64,000 nucleotides of DNA from Candidatus Spongiisociaceae bacterium (GCA_965262915.1 OZ253564.1:288001-352000); one strand, 5' to 3'. Positions 19,507 through 30,676 are shown, counted from the stretch's first letter. Notes: generated from the sequence alone by a model not told the origin. Numbers and translations are program-made.

Positions 19507-19991
19507 CACAAAGCCTCAACCTCGGCGACCGCTGCCATCGCGTCGCTCACCATGTAAGACTCCCCGAGTGCTACGACCCATGAGTCCTTCAGCGCGGTCC
19601 GCCGAGCTGGGTCTCTCACTCGGTCAATGAGAGTTTCCACCAAATCCTCAGCCTCGAAGAAGACCTTAAAGCAGTCCTTGATGCGCTGCTCTGCGGCAGG
19701 AAGGACAATAACCGCCGAACGCCGTACCGTCGGGTCAGGATGGTGGTGGACAGCGCTCGCCACCCCGGTACGGAACGAAATAGCGGCCGCATAGTCCGGG
19801 AAGGCAGCGCCGCTCACCGCGTCCCATGCTGACCTCAGAGCGGCCCTCTCATCCCCATCAGACACCGAGCGGATGGCGAGGTTCATCAATATCGTCGCCT
19901 CGCCAAGGGCGGAAAGGGAGTTGTCAAGTCTCTGGTGGGCGGCCCGTAGTCGGGCTCGTAGTTGACGGCGCCGTTTTCGCTTTTCGAACAA
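19507..19991 (-). CDS. Hypothetical helical protein, 3' end cut by ISL3
   Basis: AGGAGG RBS; the ORF runs into the ISL3 end. Confidence 0.55.
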
Positions 19992-20359
19992 GCCGAACTT
20001 CCTCCTAGGGGGACTGCTCCTACACGGCGACCAACTGCCGTCTCAACTCGGATGGACACCGGCCCTCAAGGTCCAGAGACTCCATAGACCTGACCGTGCT
20101 GACGTTGTCCGATAATAGACATTATGACAACCCGGCCCGGGGGCGTTTCCCCAGGTAGATGGTGGTTTCCAGCGGTCGGTGGCCGGTGGTGTGCATTAAC
20201 ACGGTCGAATATGCGACGGTTAATACTGGTCACCGATGGCCAGCGGAGACCAGGCTGGTAGAGGAGCTCCCGGCGTTTCGGGACGTCGGCCGCATGTGGT
20301 GACCTGCCGGGGACGGCCCGTGTTGTCACTGATCCACAACGGGGTACCGTGAACCCCCT

Positions 20360-20524
20360 ATGAGCAGAGTCCTCCCCCCAGGGCGCCCACCACGCACGTA
20401 TCCTCCCGGCCGCTACTGCGCCACCGACAGCTGCACGGCGCGCCTGTCCATCTACAACCCGACCGACCACTGCTGCCTCCACTCCCTCCGACACCCACTC
20501 AAACGGAACCGCCGAGGCTGGTGA
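20360..20524 (+). CDS. 54-aa zinc-finger-like small protein (below the ORF track cut-off)
   Basis: Manual translation MSRVLPPGRPPRTYPPGRYCATDSCTARLSIYNPTDHCCLHSLRHPLKRNRRGW; C-x4-C...C-x2-H. Confidence 0.6.
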   Translation: MSRVLPPGRPPRTYPPGRYCATDSCTARLSIYNPTDHCCLHSLRHPLKRNRRGW

Positions 20525-20635
20525 GACCATCGGGCGGGTAGCCGCTGTCGGCGGCGGGTCGAGCCTCCCGAGTCCTTTCAGAGGTCGGGAGTACGGCAGG
20601 CGCCCACGAACCTAAGGAGGGGTCTCTGGAATATT

Positions 20636-22060
20636 TGGACGGTGGTCTCAATCGGTGAACGCAACGGATGGCTGTCTTGTAGCTTAGAGTTGAGGTAGTG
20701 AAGCGGCGTGTCAGTCCCCGTTGTTTCGGCCGTGTGAGGTTTAGAGGAGTGTTTCGTCGCGATATCTCCGTGGAGGCTCCTTGTGGTCGTGGGTCGTCTC
20801 AATGACCAACGCCGTGGGCATCGGAGTGTTCAAGATGTTTGTTTGGTTACGGCTGTTAATGCTTGGTGGGGTGTTTGCCAGCCGAGGATCTGGCGTGGTC
20901 GGTTGTTTAGTTCTGCTGCTACCTGGTCGTACGCTCTCTGGTCGAGCTTGTAGAAGTTGGTTGACTTGGGGAAATACTGGCGGAGCAGCCCGTTGGTGTT
21001 CTCGTTGGTTCCGCGCTGCCAGGGACTGTTGGGGTCGCAGAGGTAGACTTCGATACCGGCCTTCTCCCGGAGGGTCTTATGGCCGGCGGTCTCCTTGCCC
21101 TGATCCCACGTCAACGTTCTACGCAGGAGTGGGCGGGAAGGCTTCGAGCTGGGCGGCTATCGCGTTGTTCAGTGCCTCAGCGGTGCGGCTCCCTGGGAGG
21201 GCAGCCAGTATCAGGTACCGGGTCTTGGGTTCCACCAGGGTAGCCACGGCGGTTACTCGGTTCCCCACCAGTAGATCTCCTTCCCAATGCCCAGCCTCCT
21301 CACGGGTTTCAACTACGCCGGGTCGGGCTGAGATCAAGACAGGATCCCTGATCACACCCTGGCCTCTCCCTCGACGATGCCCTGTCCGTGGTGTTCGAGC
21401 AGCACGGCGGGTGCGAAGGCATCGCCACAGTTCTTTGCGGAGCACACCACGATGATGGGCGTACACAGACCGGTAGATCGTCTCGTGGCATACCCACATC
21501 GACGGGTCAGTCGGGTACTGGGTACGAAGCCACCCCGAGATCTGCTCGGGTGACTACCGAACTGCCAGTTTGCTCTCCACGAGGATCCGCAGGCGGCTGT
21601 TAGCGGCGAGTTTGGGCACCTTCGGACGTTTCGCTCGTTCACGGACTCGATCCTCAGCGTCAACAGCCCGATAGGCACCCCGCCCACCGTTGGTGTTCAC
21701 TTCACGACAGATCGTCGAGGGCGCGCGGTCAAGCCGCCTGGCTATCGACCGCAACGACTCACCCGCTACCAGCCCCCGAGATATCTCTTCTCGGTCCATC
21801 AGCGACATCCGTGCCGAAGACCAAGCAGGCGGCCCCACAGGCCGCCGGAACCCGTGACGGGCCACATAGTCCCGCACCGTGCTCAACGGCCGCCCGACCG
21901 ACGCCGCTATCTCCCTCAAAGTCTGACCAGCCTCGTACCGATCCCAAATCTCTGTCTGTTCCACAGTATTCATATGACGGCCCATCACAACACCTCCTAC
22001 CCATCCCGACTGGTATTTCCAGACCTAGGTGTTGCGTTGACCCTCTGAGGCCACAGTCCA
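20636..22060 (-). mobile_element. IS30 family IS, transposase frameshifted into three ORFs (20830-21988)
   Basis: GHWEGDL, TWDQGKE, PWQRGTNENTNGLLRQYFPK motifs; imperfect IRs TGGAC.GTGG.CTCA...AACGCAAC. Confidence 0.9.
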
Positions 22061-22510
22061 TTTTCTACGGTAACCCCAAGACGCACACACCGCTGTCGCC
22101 GCCGCGGCCCTCCCCGACAACGTCGCCGCCCTGTTGGAGCGGCTACTCAACCGGACCGTCCCGTCCCAGGACCCCGGGACGGGACCTGCAGCTGGCGAAC
22201 ACGGCCGGCTGCCCCCACCTGAGCAACCGTTCACCGCTACCGCCCACCCGCCCACACCGACACCCACCAGCCGACCAGTAGGGGAGCAGTACTGTCCGAA
22301 TGTCCCAGGGCGTCGGGGTTCGGTATCCCCCGATCTGATATAGAATTACAACCATGTTAGTATTAAAGGCGCCGTTTAGGAGTATCTTGGGCGACTTCAC
22401 CGACTATCTGTTTAGGGGAGTCGGAGCTCTTGTCTGCCTCTGATCATCATCGTTGTTGCTCGCTTCGTATGACCTCGGACCCTTACCCGACCCGAAAGGA
22501 ACAACCCACC

Positions 22511-22693
22511 ATGCTGCCCAACCGTGCGGACCGCGTCCTGTTGGATCTCACACGCATCATCGACTCATGTGAAGCTGCGATCGAATACACAGAGAGCGGA
22601 GACGACCCTGATGTCGCAGTTGAGGTCGAGAGGATCAAACGCCACCTCGACGACGCCATCAATGTACTACGCCAAGACGATCTTATCGCTTAA
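22511..22693 (+). CDS. Small acidic helical hypothetical protein
   Basis: AAAGGA RBS, ATG at 22511. Confidence 0.55.
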   Translation: MLPNRADRVLLDLTRIIDSCEAAIEYTESGDDPDVAVEVERIKRHLDDAINVLRQDDLIA

Positions 22694-22716
22694 CCCATTG
22701 CAAAGGAGAAACAGAA

Positions 22717-22905
22717 ATGGAACCCATCGCCGAACGTGACCTGAAGAACATCTTGAACGAAATCGCCGGAGCAGCAGGGAAAGCCCAACGGCAGATCAAG
22801 AGGCGTCGCTACCCGTACGCTGCTCGGCTCATCGCAGACGAGATGGCCTACAACGTGAAAGGCGCTGTCGCCATCGTGGACCGGTACATCAAACCCGTCG
22901 TTTAG
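22717..22905 (+). CDS. Small hypothetical protein
   Basis: AAAGGAG RBS; co-oriented with the previous ORF. Confidence 0.6.
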   Translation: MEPIAERDLKNILNEIAGAAGKAQRQIKRRRYPYAARLIADEMAYNVKGAVAIVDRYIKPVV

Positions 22906-22959
22906 CCATCATTTGCGATGTGGCTCATCGGATTGAGACCTAATTGCGGCTGTGCCAGA

Positions 22960-23240
22960 AAAGAGCGTGGGGTTTCCCTGTCCGTTTGTCGAGCCGCTTG
23001 GGTTTTGAGCATGGCCAGGATGATGTTGCATCGGCGTCGGGCGACGCAGATGACAACTACGGTTGAGGCCCCGCTGGAATCGGTGAATAGCAAAACCGCC
23101 GATCCGGGAGGGGTCTCGATATCTGATCTTATGTCCGTGCGACTGCCACCTGGGGGGGTGTTCGCGTGTTGGGTGTGCTGGTAGATTCATCCCGGGAGTG
23201 GTCTCGGTGTCGCCATTGTGGGTGTAAATGCGGACGCACA
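22960..23240 (-). pseudogene. Internally deleted IS110 remnant
   Basis: ICVARRRCNIILAMLKT resembles the IS110 transposase C-terminus. Confidence 0.45.
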
Positions 23241-23357
23241 TCGCGTTATCCGCCCCCGTCTCCCATAGCTACGAGCGTGATGATCTGCTCAGCTAGCGAC
23301 AGTTGACTCCCAACGGAGTTAGGTTCTCACTTCATCACAGAGCGCTTGTAATAAACT

Positions 23358-24790
23358 GGCTCTTCGGAAATGAGTGGGGAGTAGGGGATCTGCCAGGGGG
23401 AGTTGGAATCCACCAGAAGTGAGGAGGGGTCCTCCATAATCGGGTGTTGGTAATGACATCCGAGGCAGGAGGACCCCTGTGGAAGCTGATCCTACGCGCA
23501 TGTGCGAGAAGTTGGTAGGCCTAGGTGAGGTTGATCTGGTAGGGATCAACGACCCGGGCGAGGAGGCACCGTTGGAGGTGGTGATCCGGTCCCGCAAGCC
23601 CCGGCCGTTGTGTGAGTCCTGTGGCGGGTCGGTGTGGTCGAAGGGCTATCGGACGGTTGTGTTGGTGGATTTACCGGCGTTCGGCCGGCCTGTGCGGCTG
23701 CGGTGGCGGAAACGGCGCTGGACATGTCCGAACCCCGACTGTGCGCTCAGATCGTTCATCGAACAAGACCCCAAGATTGGTCCCCAACGGGCGTTGTTGA
23801 CATCCCGAGCGGCCCGGTGGGTGACCATCCAGGTGGGTGGGCGGGGCCGTTCGGTCGACGAGGTCGCCGCAGAACTTGGTTGTGATTGGCATACGGTGAA
23901 CAAAGAGGTTGGCCGCTGGGGCGAAGCGCTGCTGGAAGCAGACACCGATCGGGTCGGGACCGTCGAAGCTGTGGGAGTGGACGAGACGTTGTTCTGGCGT
24001 CGGGGCCGTTGGCGTACCAAAGTCTGGTGCACCTCTGTCGTCGACGTTGGCGGCCACCAGCTGATCGACATAGTCCCTGGTAGAACAGCAGAAAGCGCCG
24101 CAGCCTGGTTCCGGTCACAACCCACCGAATGGTGTGAGGCTATCCGCTGGGCGGTGTTGGACATGTCCGGTTCGTATCGGAAGGCGTATGACAGGGTGCT
24201 GCCGCACGCGCTGCAGGTAGCGGACCCGTTCCACGTCATCCGCCTCGCCAACCAGCGTCTCGACGAGGTACGACGAAGAGTCCAAAACGAAACCCTCGGG
24301 CATCGAGGCCGCAAGGATGACCCGCTGTATCGGATACGGCGGCTCCTAACCGCTGCGCATGAGAGGATCAGCGACCGGGGTCAAATACGGCTGCGTGGTC
24401 TCCTCGATGCTGGTGACCCCTACGGGGAAGTGCGCACAGCCTGGCACGCGAAAGAGACGGTACGAGGCATCTACGGGATCGAGAGTCCGGTCCTTGCTCT
24501 CCGATACACCCTCCAGCTCGCAGACGACCTCCAACACGAATCCTGCCCACCCGAGATCAACAAGCTGGGTCGTACCATCGCCCGCTGGACCCCCCAGATC
24601 ACCAACTGGCACATCTCGAAGGTAACCAACGGACCCACCGAAGCCCTCAACAACCTCATCAAACGGATCAAACGAGCAGCGTTCGGGTTCCGCAACTTCG
24701 CGAACTACCGAATCCGCGCCCTTCTCTACGCGGGGAAACCCAACTGGGACCTACTCCCATCGGTCACTCCCCACTGAAATCCGATGAGCC
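23358..24790 (+). mobile_element. ISL3 family IS, copy 2 (intact)
   Basis: IRs GGCTCTTCGGA / TCCGATGAGCC; perfect 8-bp TSD AATAAACT. Confidence 0.96.
23479..24777 (+). CDS. ISL3 family transposase
   Basis: Zinc finger CESC...CPNPDC, GVDET, DPFHV, TNGPTEALNNLIKRIKR. Confidence 0.96.
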   Translation: MEADPTRMCEKLVGLGEVDLVGINDPGEEAPLEVVIRSRKPRPLCESCGGSVWSKGYRTVVLVDLPAFGRPVRLRWRKRRWTCPNPDCALRSFIEQDPKIGPQRALLTSRAARWVTIQVGGRGRSVDEVAAELGCDWHTVNKEVGRWGEALLEADTDRVGTVEAVGVDETLFWRRGRWRTKVWCTSVVDVGGHQLIDIVPGRTAESAAAWFRSQPTEWCEAIRWAVLDMSGSYRKAYDRVLPHALQVADPFHVIRLANQRLDEVRRRVQNETLGHRGRKDDPLYRIRRLLTAAHERISDRGQIRLRGLLDAGDPYGEVRTAWHAKETVRGIYGIESPVLALRYTLQLADDLQHESCPPEINKLGRTIARWTPQITNWHISKVTNGPTEALNNLIKRIKRAAFGFRNFANYRIRALLYAGKPNWDLLPSVTPH

Positions 24791-25323
24791 AATAAACTGT
24801 ATATACGATCAAAGGCAGCTGATGTCAGAATCACGTGAGTTCCGTTAAGTCGATAGTAGATACCTGGTATCATTGACTTACCGATACTCCATCTCGTCTC
24901 CGACGTGGGAAAACGTGACCAAACTGGTTCCGATTCCATTATCTGCCTATACCGGCGAACCGTATCTACGCACGTGTTATCGCGAAGTGTATCTAAATCT
25001 CCGCCCGTATGAGCAACTGCATTCCTGATACAGACTAGGGCACTGAACTCATCTTGTGGTAGAGAAGGACGATTCGTCCAAGGCTTAGGACCTAATGTAC
25101 TTTCAACAATAGCAAAAGAAATCATGAGGAAGGCAGCCGCGTGAAAATGAGTCCACATCTCTTGGAGGTTATCTTCAGTCTCTGAACTGAGATTAAGGAA
25201 TTGAGGTAGACGATCTATCTCGCGTTGCGTTGCATCCCTTAGTGTTGCAAACATATCAGTTATGAGCTGACCGTCGTCCCAGCCAGATGGCATCGGAACT
25301 CCCATCGGTACCTCCTCACGCAA
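24791..25323 (-). CDS. HEPN-like (RxxxxH) protein, last codons displaced by ISL3
   Basis: IRNAVAH motif; AT-rich; removing the IS restores the ending SLLQALCDEVRT* at 23319. Confidence 0.6.
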
Positions 25324-25531
25324 TCGTCACTGGATAATGTGGTCTTGGACTAAACCATACACAGCATGAACTTGGGAGGGTTGAACTGCGGCGGTGGCTT
25401 GCGGACTGTAACAGTCGACCCGCCGCCCGCCTCGAGGCGTATCACGAACGATGCGGGCCTGACTGGGGATGGTAAGGATCCCTGACGGCGGGCGGCGGCT
25501 CCTCACGTCCAGCGATGGTGGTGGCAGGGAG

Positions 25532-25852
25532 CTATGGCGCGAGGTCGGCTGCGAACTGTGGGATGCTTATTGTGATGGTGGACCACAGCAGGTCGTAGTC
25601 CACATTGTTGTAGTCGTGAGCGATGAGGTTACGCAGGTCTTTGGCCAATCGGAGCGGCAGATGGGGGCGGGCACTGTGGAACTGTTCCGACAGGTTGGCA
25701 GCGGCTTCGCCGATTATCTCAAGCTGACGTTCGGCGGCGCTGCGGGTCTGCCAGCTGCGGTCGAAGGTCGCTCGTCCAGACGCGACTATCTCGGCGAGGT
25801 GGCCGCAGGCCTCCAGGATGTCGTTGATGCGTTGGTCGTCGCTTCTGGTCAC
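25532..25852 (-). CDS. hepT: HepT/DUF86 HEPN ribonuclease toxin
   Basis: AAERQLEIIGEAA and RNLIAHDY motifs. Confidence 0.9.
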   Translation of the reverse strand: MTRSDDQRINDILEACGHLAEIVASGRATFDRSWQTRSAAERQLEIIGEAAANLSEQFHSARPHLPLRLAKDLRNLIAHDYNNVDYDLLWSTITISIPQFAADLAP

Positions 25853-26139
25853 AGCCCGATAGCGTCTTCGAGGACACCGCTATGCCTGTCTTTGAGGCCT
25901 CCCGCGGAGAGCACATCAACATGGCGTCCTAGCAGGTCTTGGAGTTCGTTGCGGAGACCGGCGAGGTCGAACAGTGTGGCCCCGGGGGCGAAGGTTGCGA
26001 GGAAGTCGTAGTCGCTGTCGGTGGTGTCGTCACCGCGGGCGACCGAGCCGACGAGGGCGATGGAGTCTACTTTGTGGCGTGCCGCGACGGCCCGGATAGC
26101 TTCGCGGTGGGTTACGAGGACATCGTCACGCAGGCTCAC
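25849..26139 (-). CDS. mntA: MntA minimal nucleotidyltransferase antitoxin
   Basis: GSVARGD...SDYD motif; 4-bp overlap with hepT. Confidence 0.9.
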   Translation of the reverse strand: MSLRDDVLVTHREAIRAVAARHKVDSIALVGSVARGDDTTDSDYDFLATFAPGATLFDLAGLRNELQDLLGRHVDVLSAGGLKDRHSGVLEDAIGL

Positions 26140-26657
26140 AGGGCTGATGATAGAGCCTGTTCACAGTTGACGATACGGCCGTTCCGAGTTGGTCCACGAG
26201 CGGGGTAGCAACGGTGCTCGAATACGTCTACCCCGAACTTGCAGGTCGACGGCGGCTTGTAAGACCTTATCGTGTCTGACCTCAATCGGGCCGGGCTCGC
26301 GACAATAGACTCACCTCATGTGACGGGTACTCACGATGGTTAAATGCTTGCCAAACAATCAAGCGAAATGGGCGCCCGAGTCCGCGCATTCGTCACTGAA
26401 ACCGATTCGGTGTGACGGTTGCTGAGCGAGGCCGACCGGCCGACTCGGGGGGCCAGCACCCCTGTCCTCAGCGGCTTGGACCGTTTTGCAGGTATGGGGG
26501 CATTATCTGCCGTCGGAGCCCTACCGACACCGCCCCCACCTGGGGTTCCCCAACTGCTGGGAATGCACGAAGCGGTCGGATTATCTGCCGTCGGCGGTTC
26601 TGTCACACCCCGCCCCCTGCATTGAAGGGTGACAAAGCCGACCAAGGAGCACCGGGA

Positions 26658-26983
26658 ATGGCCGAAACCAAGACCGTTTACCTGCCGGATCGGGGGCCGG
26701 TGGCCGTCTCCCTCGACGAGTGGGAGTACCTCGTCGGTGGGATCGGACACAAGGTGGACTCCTTCACCATCGACCCGCCGCTACGGGACCAGCAGTCGGG
26801 GCAGGGCGAACCCGCCGAGTTCGTCGTCGACGTGTACCACCAGGACGGCCGCTACCTGATGGTCGGGCACCACTTCGGCTCCGTCTGGAGCGTCCGCCAC
26901 GAAACCATGCGGCTGGTGCGCAGCGATTGGATTACCTGCAGGACTTCCTGAAGAAGTATGTGAAAGTAGATGAGTTTCTGTAG
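26658..26983 (+). CDS. Hypothetical protein, probable frameshift near 26925
   Basis: AAGGAG RBS, ATG at 26658; the protein-like tail DYLQDFLKKYVKVDEFL is in another frame. Confidence 0.45.
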
Positions 26984-27009
26984 CCCGGTTGGTGTAGGAG
27001 AGGGGTGAA

Positions 27010-27509
27010 ATGCCAGACGATATATACCGCGGGCGGGTAGCCATGCAGCGAAGGCTCGATGAGCTATTCCCTCGCGGGCTGAGCCTGGAGGTTTTGGACA
27101 CGGAGTTGGTTCCGGGTGTGCCGGTCCAGACGGGCATACAGGCCCCGTGTGGGCGGGTGTTCTGTTCTGCGATGGTGATGCTGGGTGAGCCGTTGCCTAC
27201 GTTGTGGCTGCTGCGGTTCGACTTCACCACGCGCATCGACCCTGACCCTTGGGTGGAGCTTGGCAGGCCCTGGGAGGCGTGGATGGACGGGTATTTCACG
27301 ATGCTCGCCAGCAGACGTACCGTTCTGACACGTATCGATTCAAGGTTCTGGACCAAGACGGAGATCCGGTCGGCTGGACGGCGTATGTTGATGCGGACCC
27401 GTCGGAGAATGGGCCGCTGCAGCGGGCTGTTAAACCCCGGTATCGGCGCTATGCCACCGAGCGGTGGGAGCAGGAGTTGTTTCCGGAGGGGCTGGCGATC
27501 GATGGTTAG
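27010..27509 (+). CDS. Hypothetical protein, probable frameshift near 27305
   Basis: ELFPRGL / ELFPEGL internal repeat is split between ORFs 27010..27573 and 27249..27509. Confidence 0.45.
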
Positions 27510-27777
27510 GGCGGCAGGAGTGGATTTTATGCCGGATCCCACGACGACGCAATCGAGGCTGTCGGGGCGGTGATCGACGAACTGGCAGCCACCGCCACCG
27601 AGCTGCGCCGCGAGCTGTCGCAGCAGCTCCTCGCCGCCCGCCTCCCCGTACCCCTCGGCTGAAGCCCAGCCGCCGCGACCGCCCCTTACCCGGGCGGTCG
27701 CCCGCGTCCAGGCCCCGGATCCGGAGCGGGTCGCATTGCCCCGCCCTGAGCGGGCAGCGTGGGATACTCCGGAGGGT

Positions 27778-28698
27778 ATGAACCTCGTCCACTTCCCCCA
27801 GGCGCAGGAAGGCCACCCCACCCGGCACGTCCCGCCGGTCGGGGCGGCGGTAGACGCCTTTTTCGTTCACCGGGACCTGGCCCCGAACAGCCGCCGCGCC
27901 TACCGGGCCGCTCTCGAGCCGCTGGTGGAGGCTGTCGGAGCCGACCAGCCCCTAGCGGCGCTCACCCCCGCAGCCGTGGCTGGGGTGTTCACCGATCGGT
28001 GGGGTGGTGCTGCGCCGGCGACGTGGAACACTCGGCGGGCGGCGGTGCGGGCGTTCGTGTCCTGGTGCGAGGACAGATGGACGCTCGGCGTTGACCCGCT
28101 CGCCGGCGTCGGCCCACGCCGCCAGCACACCGACCACACCCGAGCGGTCCCCTACCGGGACCTCGACGAGTTGTGGCGCCGACGGAACGTGCCGCTTCGG
28201 GAGAAGACCCTGTGGAGGATGCTGTACGAGACCGCGGCTCGGGCGTCGGAGGTGCTGGCCCTCGACGTGGAGGACCTGGACCGGCCGCAGCGGCGGGCGC
28301 GGGTCGTTTCCAAAGGCGGCAGCACCGACATGATCTACTGGGCGACCCCCACCGCGCGGCTACTCGCCCGCTACCTCGCAGGGAGGAACATCGGGCCGCT
28401 GTTCCTCACCACAGCCCGCTCCCGCACCCCCACCCACCGCCGAGACCTCCACACCCCGACCGGCCAAGCCCGGCTCAGCTACCGCACCGCCGCCGCCCTC
28501 TTCGGCCGACACTCCGGAGGGTGGACCCTCCACCAGCTGCGCCACTCGTCTCTTACCCATCTGGCAGAGAGCGGAGCGTCGGCGGTCATGCTCCAAGCCA
28601 AAAGCTGCCACCGGGACCTACGCACCCTCAGCCTCTACACCCGGCCCGGTCCCGAAGCCGTCGCCCGCCTCACCGACGACCAGTTCGACAGGCGCTGA
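27778..28698 (+). CDS. Tyrosine recombinase (XerC/D-like)
   Basis: YETAARASE (R), SKG (K), HQLRH (HxxR), C-terminal H and Y; GGAGG RBS. Confidence 0.92.
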   Translation: MNLVHFPQAQEGHPTRHVPPVGAAVDAFFVHRDLAPNSRRAYRAALEPLVEAVGADQPLAALTPAAVAGVFTDRWGGAAPATWNTRRAAVRAFVSWCEDRWTLGVDPLAGVGPRRQHTDHTRAVPYRDLDELWRRRNVPLREKTLWRMLYETAARASEVLALDVEDLDRPQRRARVVSKGGSTDMIYWATPTARLLARYLAGRNIGPLFLTTARSRTPTHRRDLHTPTGQARLSYRTAAALFGRHSGGWTLHQLRHSSLTHLAESGASAVMLQAKSCHRDLRTLSLYTRPGPEAVARLTDDQFDRR

Positions 28699-28758
28699 GC
28701 GAGGCGTCACCCACCTTCTTCGGGCCACCGTCGGCTACGTCACCGCAGAGCGGAGGGG

Positions 28759-29442
28759 CTAGCCGGCTCGCTGCCTGTAGTTGTCGATCATTTGCTGGCT
28801 GATATCGCTTTCATCGCAGAGCGGCGACTCCCCGCCGGGACGGCTGTGGGCGCTCCGTCCCCCGCATCGGCGGCCCGCCCGGTCTGTGGAGTACGGACAC
28901 GGGCAGCTACCAGAGTACGCGTTGATCGACTCGCGGATCAGTACCTGTTTGATCGCCGTATCCGACAGCGTCGGCGCGACTGTTGTGGTGGTGGCAGGAT
29001 CGATGTAAGTGGCGCATTGGTCCTCCCACGCGGTTTGTGTACCTCTACCCCATACTCCGTCGGCGGTGACTCCAAGCCCTTCCTGCACTGCTCGGATATC
29101 GCCTGCGCGTGCGTCCGGGCTGCAGAACCAGGGGATGTTGAGAAACGCGGCAAGGCGTTCCTCCCCGCCGCGCAGAAAGGTAGCCATGTCGGCGCGAGTC
29201 GCTCCGTCGGGAAAGACACGGGCGACCACCGTCGCGATCTGGTGTTCGGGGATCACCGAGTCGGGTCTGAAGGTACCGTCGTCGTATCCGACGAACCAAC
29301 CCTGGGAAGCGGCATACTCGATGTCCGCATATCGCGGATGGCTGGTTTGGACATCTGAGAACCGCCCGGCAGCGGCAAGCACCGCTGCGGCCACCGCGAC
29401 GGCCACAGCAGCGGTACACAAGACTGAGAGGCTTCTACGCAC
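28759..29442 (-). CDS. Secreted SLH-domain protein with peptidoglycan-binding-like segment and Cys-rich C-terminus
   Basis: Signal peptide; FSDV...GYDDGTFRPD...TRADMA; VQEGLGVTADGVWG; CPCPY...CGGRSA. Confidence 0.8.
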   Translation of the reverse strand: MRRSLSVLCTAAVAVAVAAAVLAAAGRFSDVQTSHPRYADIEYAASQGWFVGYDDGTFRPDSVIPEHQIATVVARVFPDGATRADMATFLRGGEERLAAFLNIPWFCSPDARAGDIRAVQEGLGVTADGVWGRGTQTAWEDQCATYIDPATTTTVAPTLSDTAIKQVLIRESINAYSGSCPCPYSTDRAGRRCGGRSAHSRPGGESPLCDESDISQQMIDNYRQRAG

Positions 29443-29846
29443 TGGACCCGACCTCCGATAGGCGCAGACAGGGATGCTACCGAAGAACGCAGTCGCCGGA
29501 CTGATGGACTTGAGAGTCTTACGATCCCGCCACCCCGGACAACCCAAACCGCTTCGCCGGCAGCTCCCTCTTTAGCCTGAATTCACCGATGGGGAGGGCG
29601 CAGCGGACATGGAGATATGGTGGAAATGCCTCCTGATCTGCGGCGATAGCTATTGGTAAGGATGGTTCGGTCCTGGGAAGAGGAGCAACTTCCTGTGAGT
29701 GGTGGATCCCGGAGATCGCCCTGGTCAGGATTGGTTTTCGGAATATGAATCGGTGGATTCAGGTTTAGCATGTGCACTCACCAGCCGGCCCCCGGGTCGG
29801 GTGGGGGTTCAGGTGACAGGTGCTTGGGCCGGGTGTGGCGGGATCG

Positions 29847-29914
29847 GGGTGTGGTTCCATCCCCGGATGCTCGATAAGGGAACCCCCGACTGGTGGCTGC
29901 CCTGGGACTGACCC
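29847..29914 (+). repeat. Duplicated 3' end of the downstream gene
   Basis: Encodes VWFHPRMLDKGTPDWWLPWD*, nearly identical to 30397-30464. Confidence 0.85.
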
Positions 29915-29984
29915 TCGCCGCCGAGTCGCCCACCGGACGGTGACGCCGGTAGCATCGGCGTAACCCTGACGAGGTACCACCCGG

Positions 29985-30461
29985 ATGACCCAGCCGACCG
30001 CACCATCGCTGCCTCCTGCACCCGCCGGTAGGAAGGTCGTTCGTCGGCGGATGCCTCTGACCGCAGCGGAGTTACCGCCGCTCATGTCGGTCCCGCCCAT
30101 TGTCGACACCGACCCGTACCGGTTCCCTTTGCTGCAGTTCATCTGTGATTGGAACGTGGCGGCGGACAGGGAGGCGCTGGTCGCGGAGACCCCTGTCTAC
30201 GAGGGGGACGACCCGCTGTTGTTGCCGGCGATCGCTGTGGTCGTTCACGCTCTGGCAGACCGGGCCGGGGTGCCCCTGCCGGGCTGGGTGCTCGGCCATC
30301 GCGCTCGGGCCGACGTGATGCTGTTCGGGTGGCCGTTCAATGGATGCTACGCCCGGTGGGTCCGGCTGCGTTCCCCCGCCGCCTGCTACCACCATCGGGT
30401 CTGGTTCCATCCCCGGACGCTTGACAAGGGAACCCCCGACTGGTGGCTGCCCTGGGACTGA
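29985..30461 (+). CDS. Conserved hypothetical protein (possible antitoxin partner of a DUF6036 NTase)
   Basis: Paralogue at 52203-52679; lies directly before an NTase fragment. Confidence 0.7.
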   Translation: MTQPTAPSLPPAPAGRKVVRRRMPLTAAELPPLMSVPPIVDTDPYRFPLLQFICDWNVAADREALVAETPVYEGDDPLLLPAIAVVVHALADRAGVPLPGWVLGHRARADVMLFGWPFNGCYARWVRLRSPAACYHHRVWFHPRTLDKGTPDWWLPWD

Positions 30462-30676
30462 CCCCCGACCCCGAGAAGGAGCTGACCGCCCGGCGGATCG
30501 GTGGCCTTCTCTCCCAGGTGGACGACGGCCTCGGCGGGCTCCGCTTGGCCGCTCCGGTGGAGATCGTGGTCGTGGGTGGGGCCGCGGTGGCGATGCAGTG
30601 GAACCCCCGACGGGTCACCTACGACGTTGATGTGGTTTCCGAGGGTATTCCAGCGGCGGAAGTATACCACCTTTGA
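30461..30676 (+). pseudogene. Truncated DUF6036/AbiEii-like nucleotidyltransferase
   Basis: IVVVGGAAVAM...RVTYDVDV motif, followed by truncation. Confidence 0.65.

Noticed and set aside
29847-30464. DGR template/variable repeat pair
   Set aside because: No reverse transcriptase in the window, and the few differences are not adenine-specific
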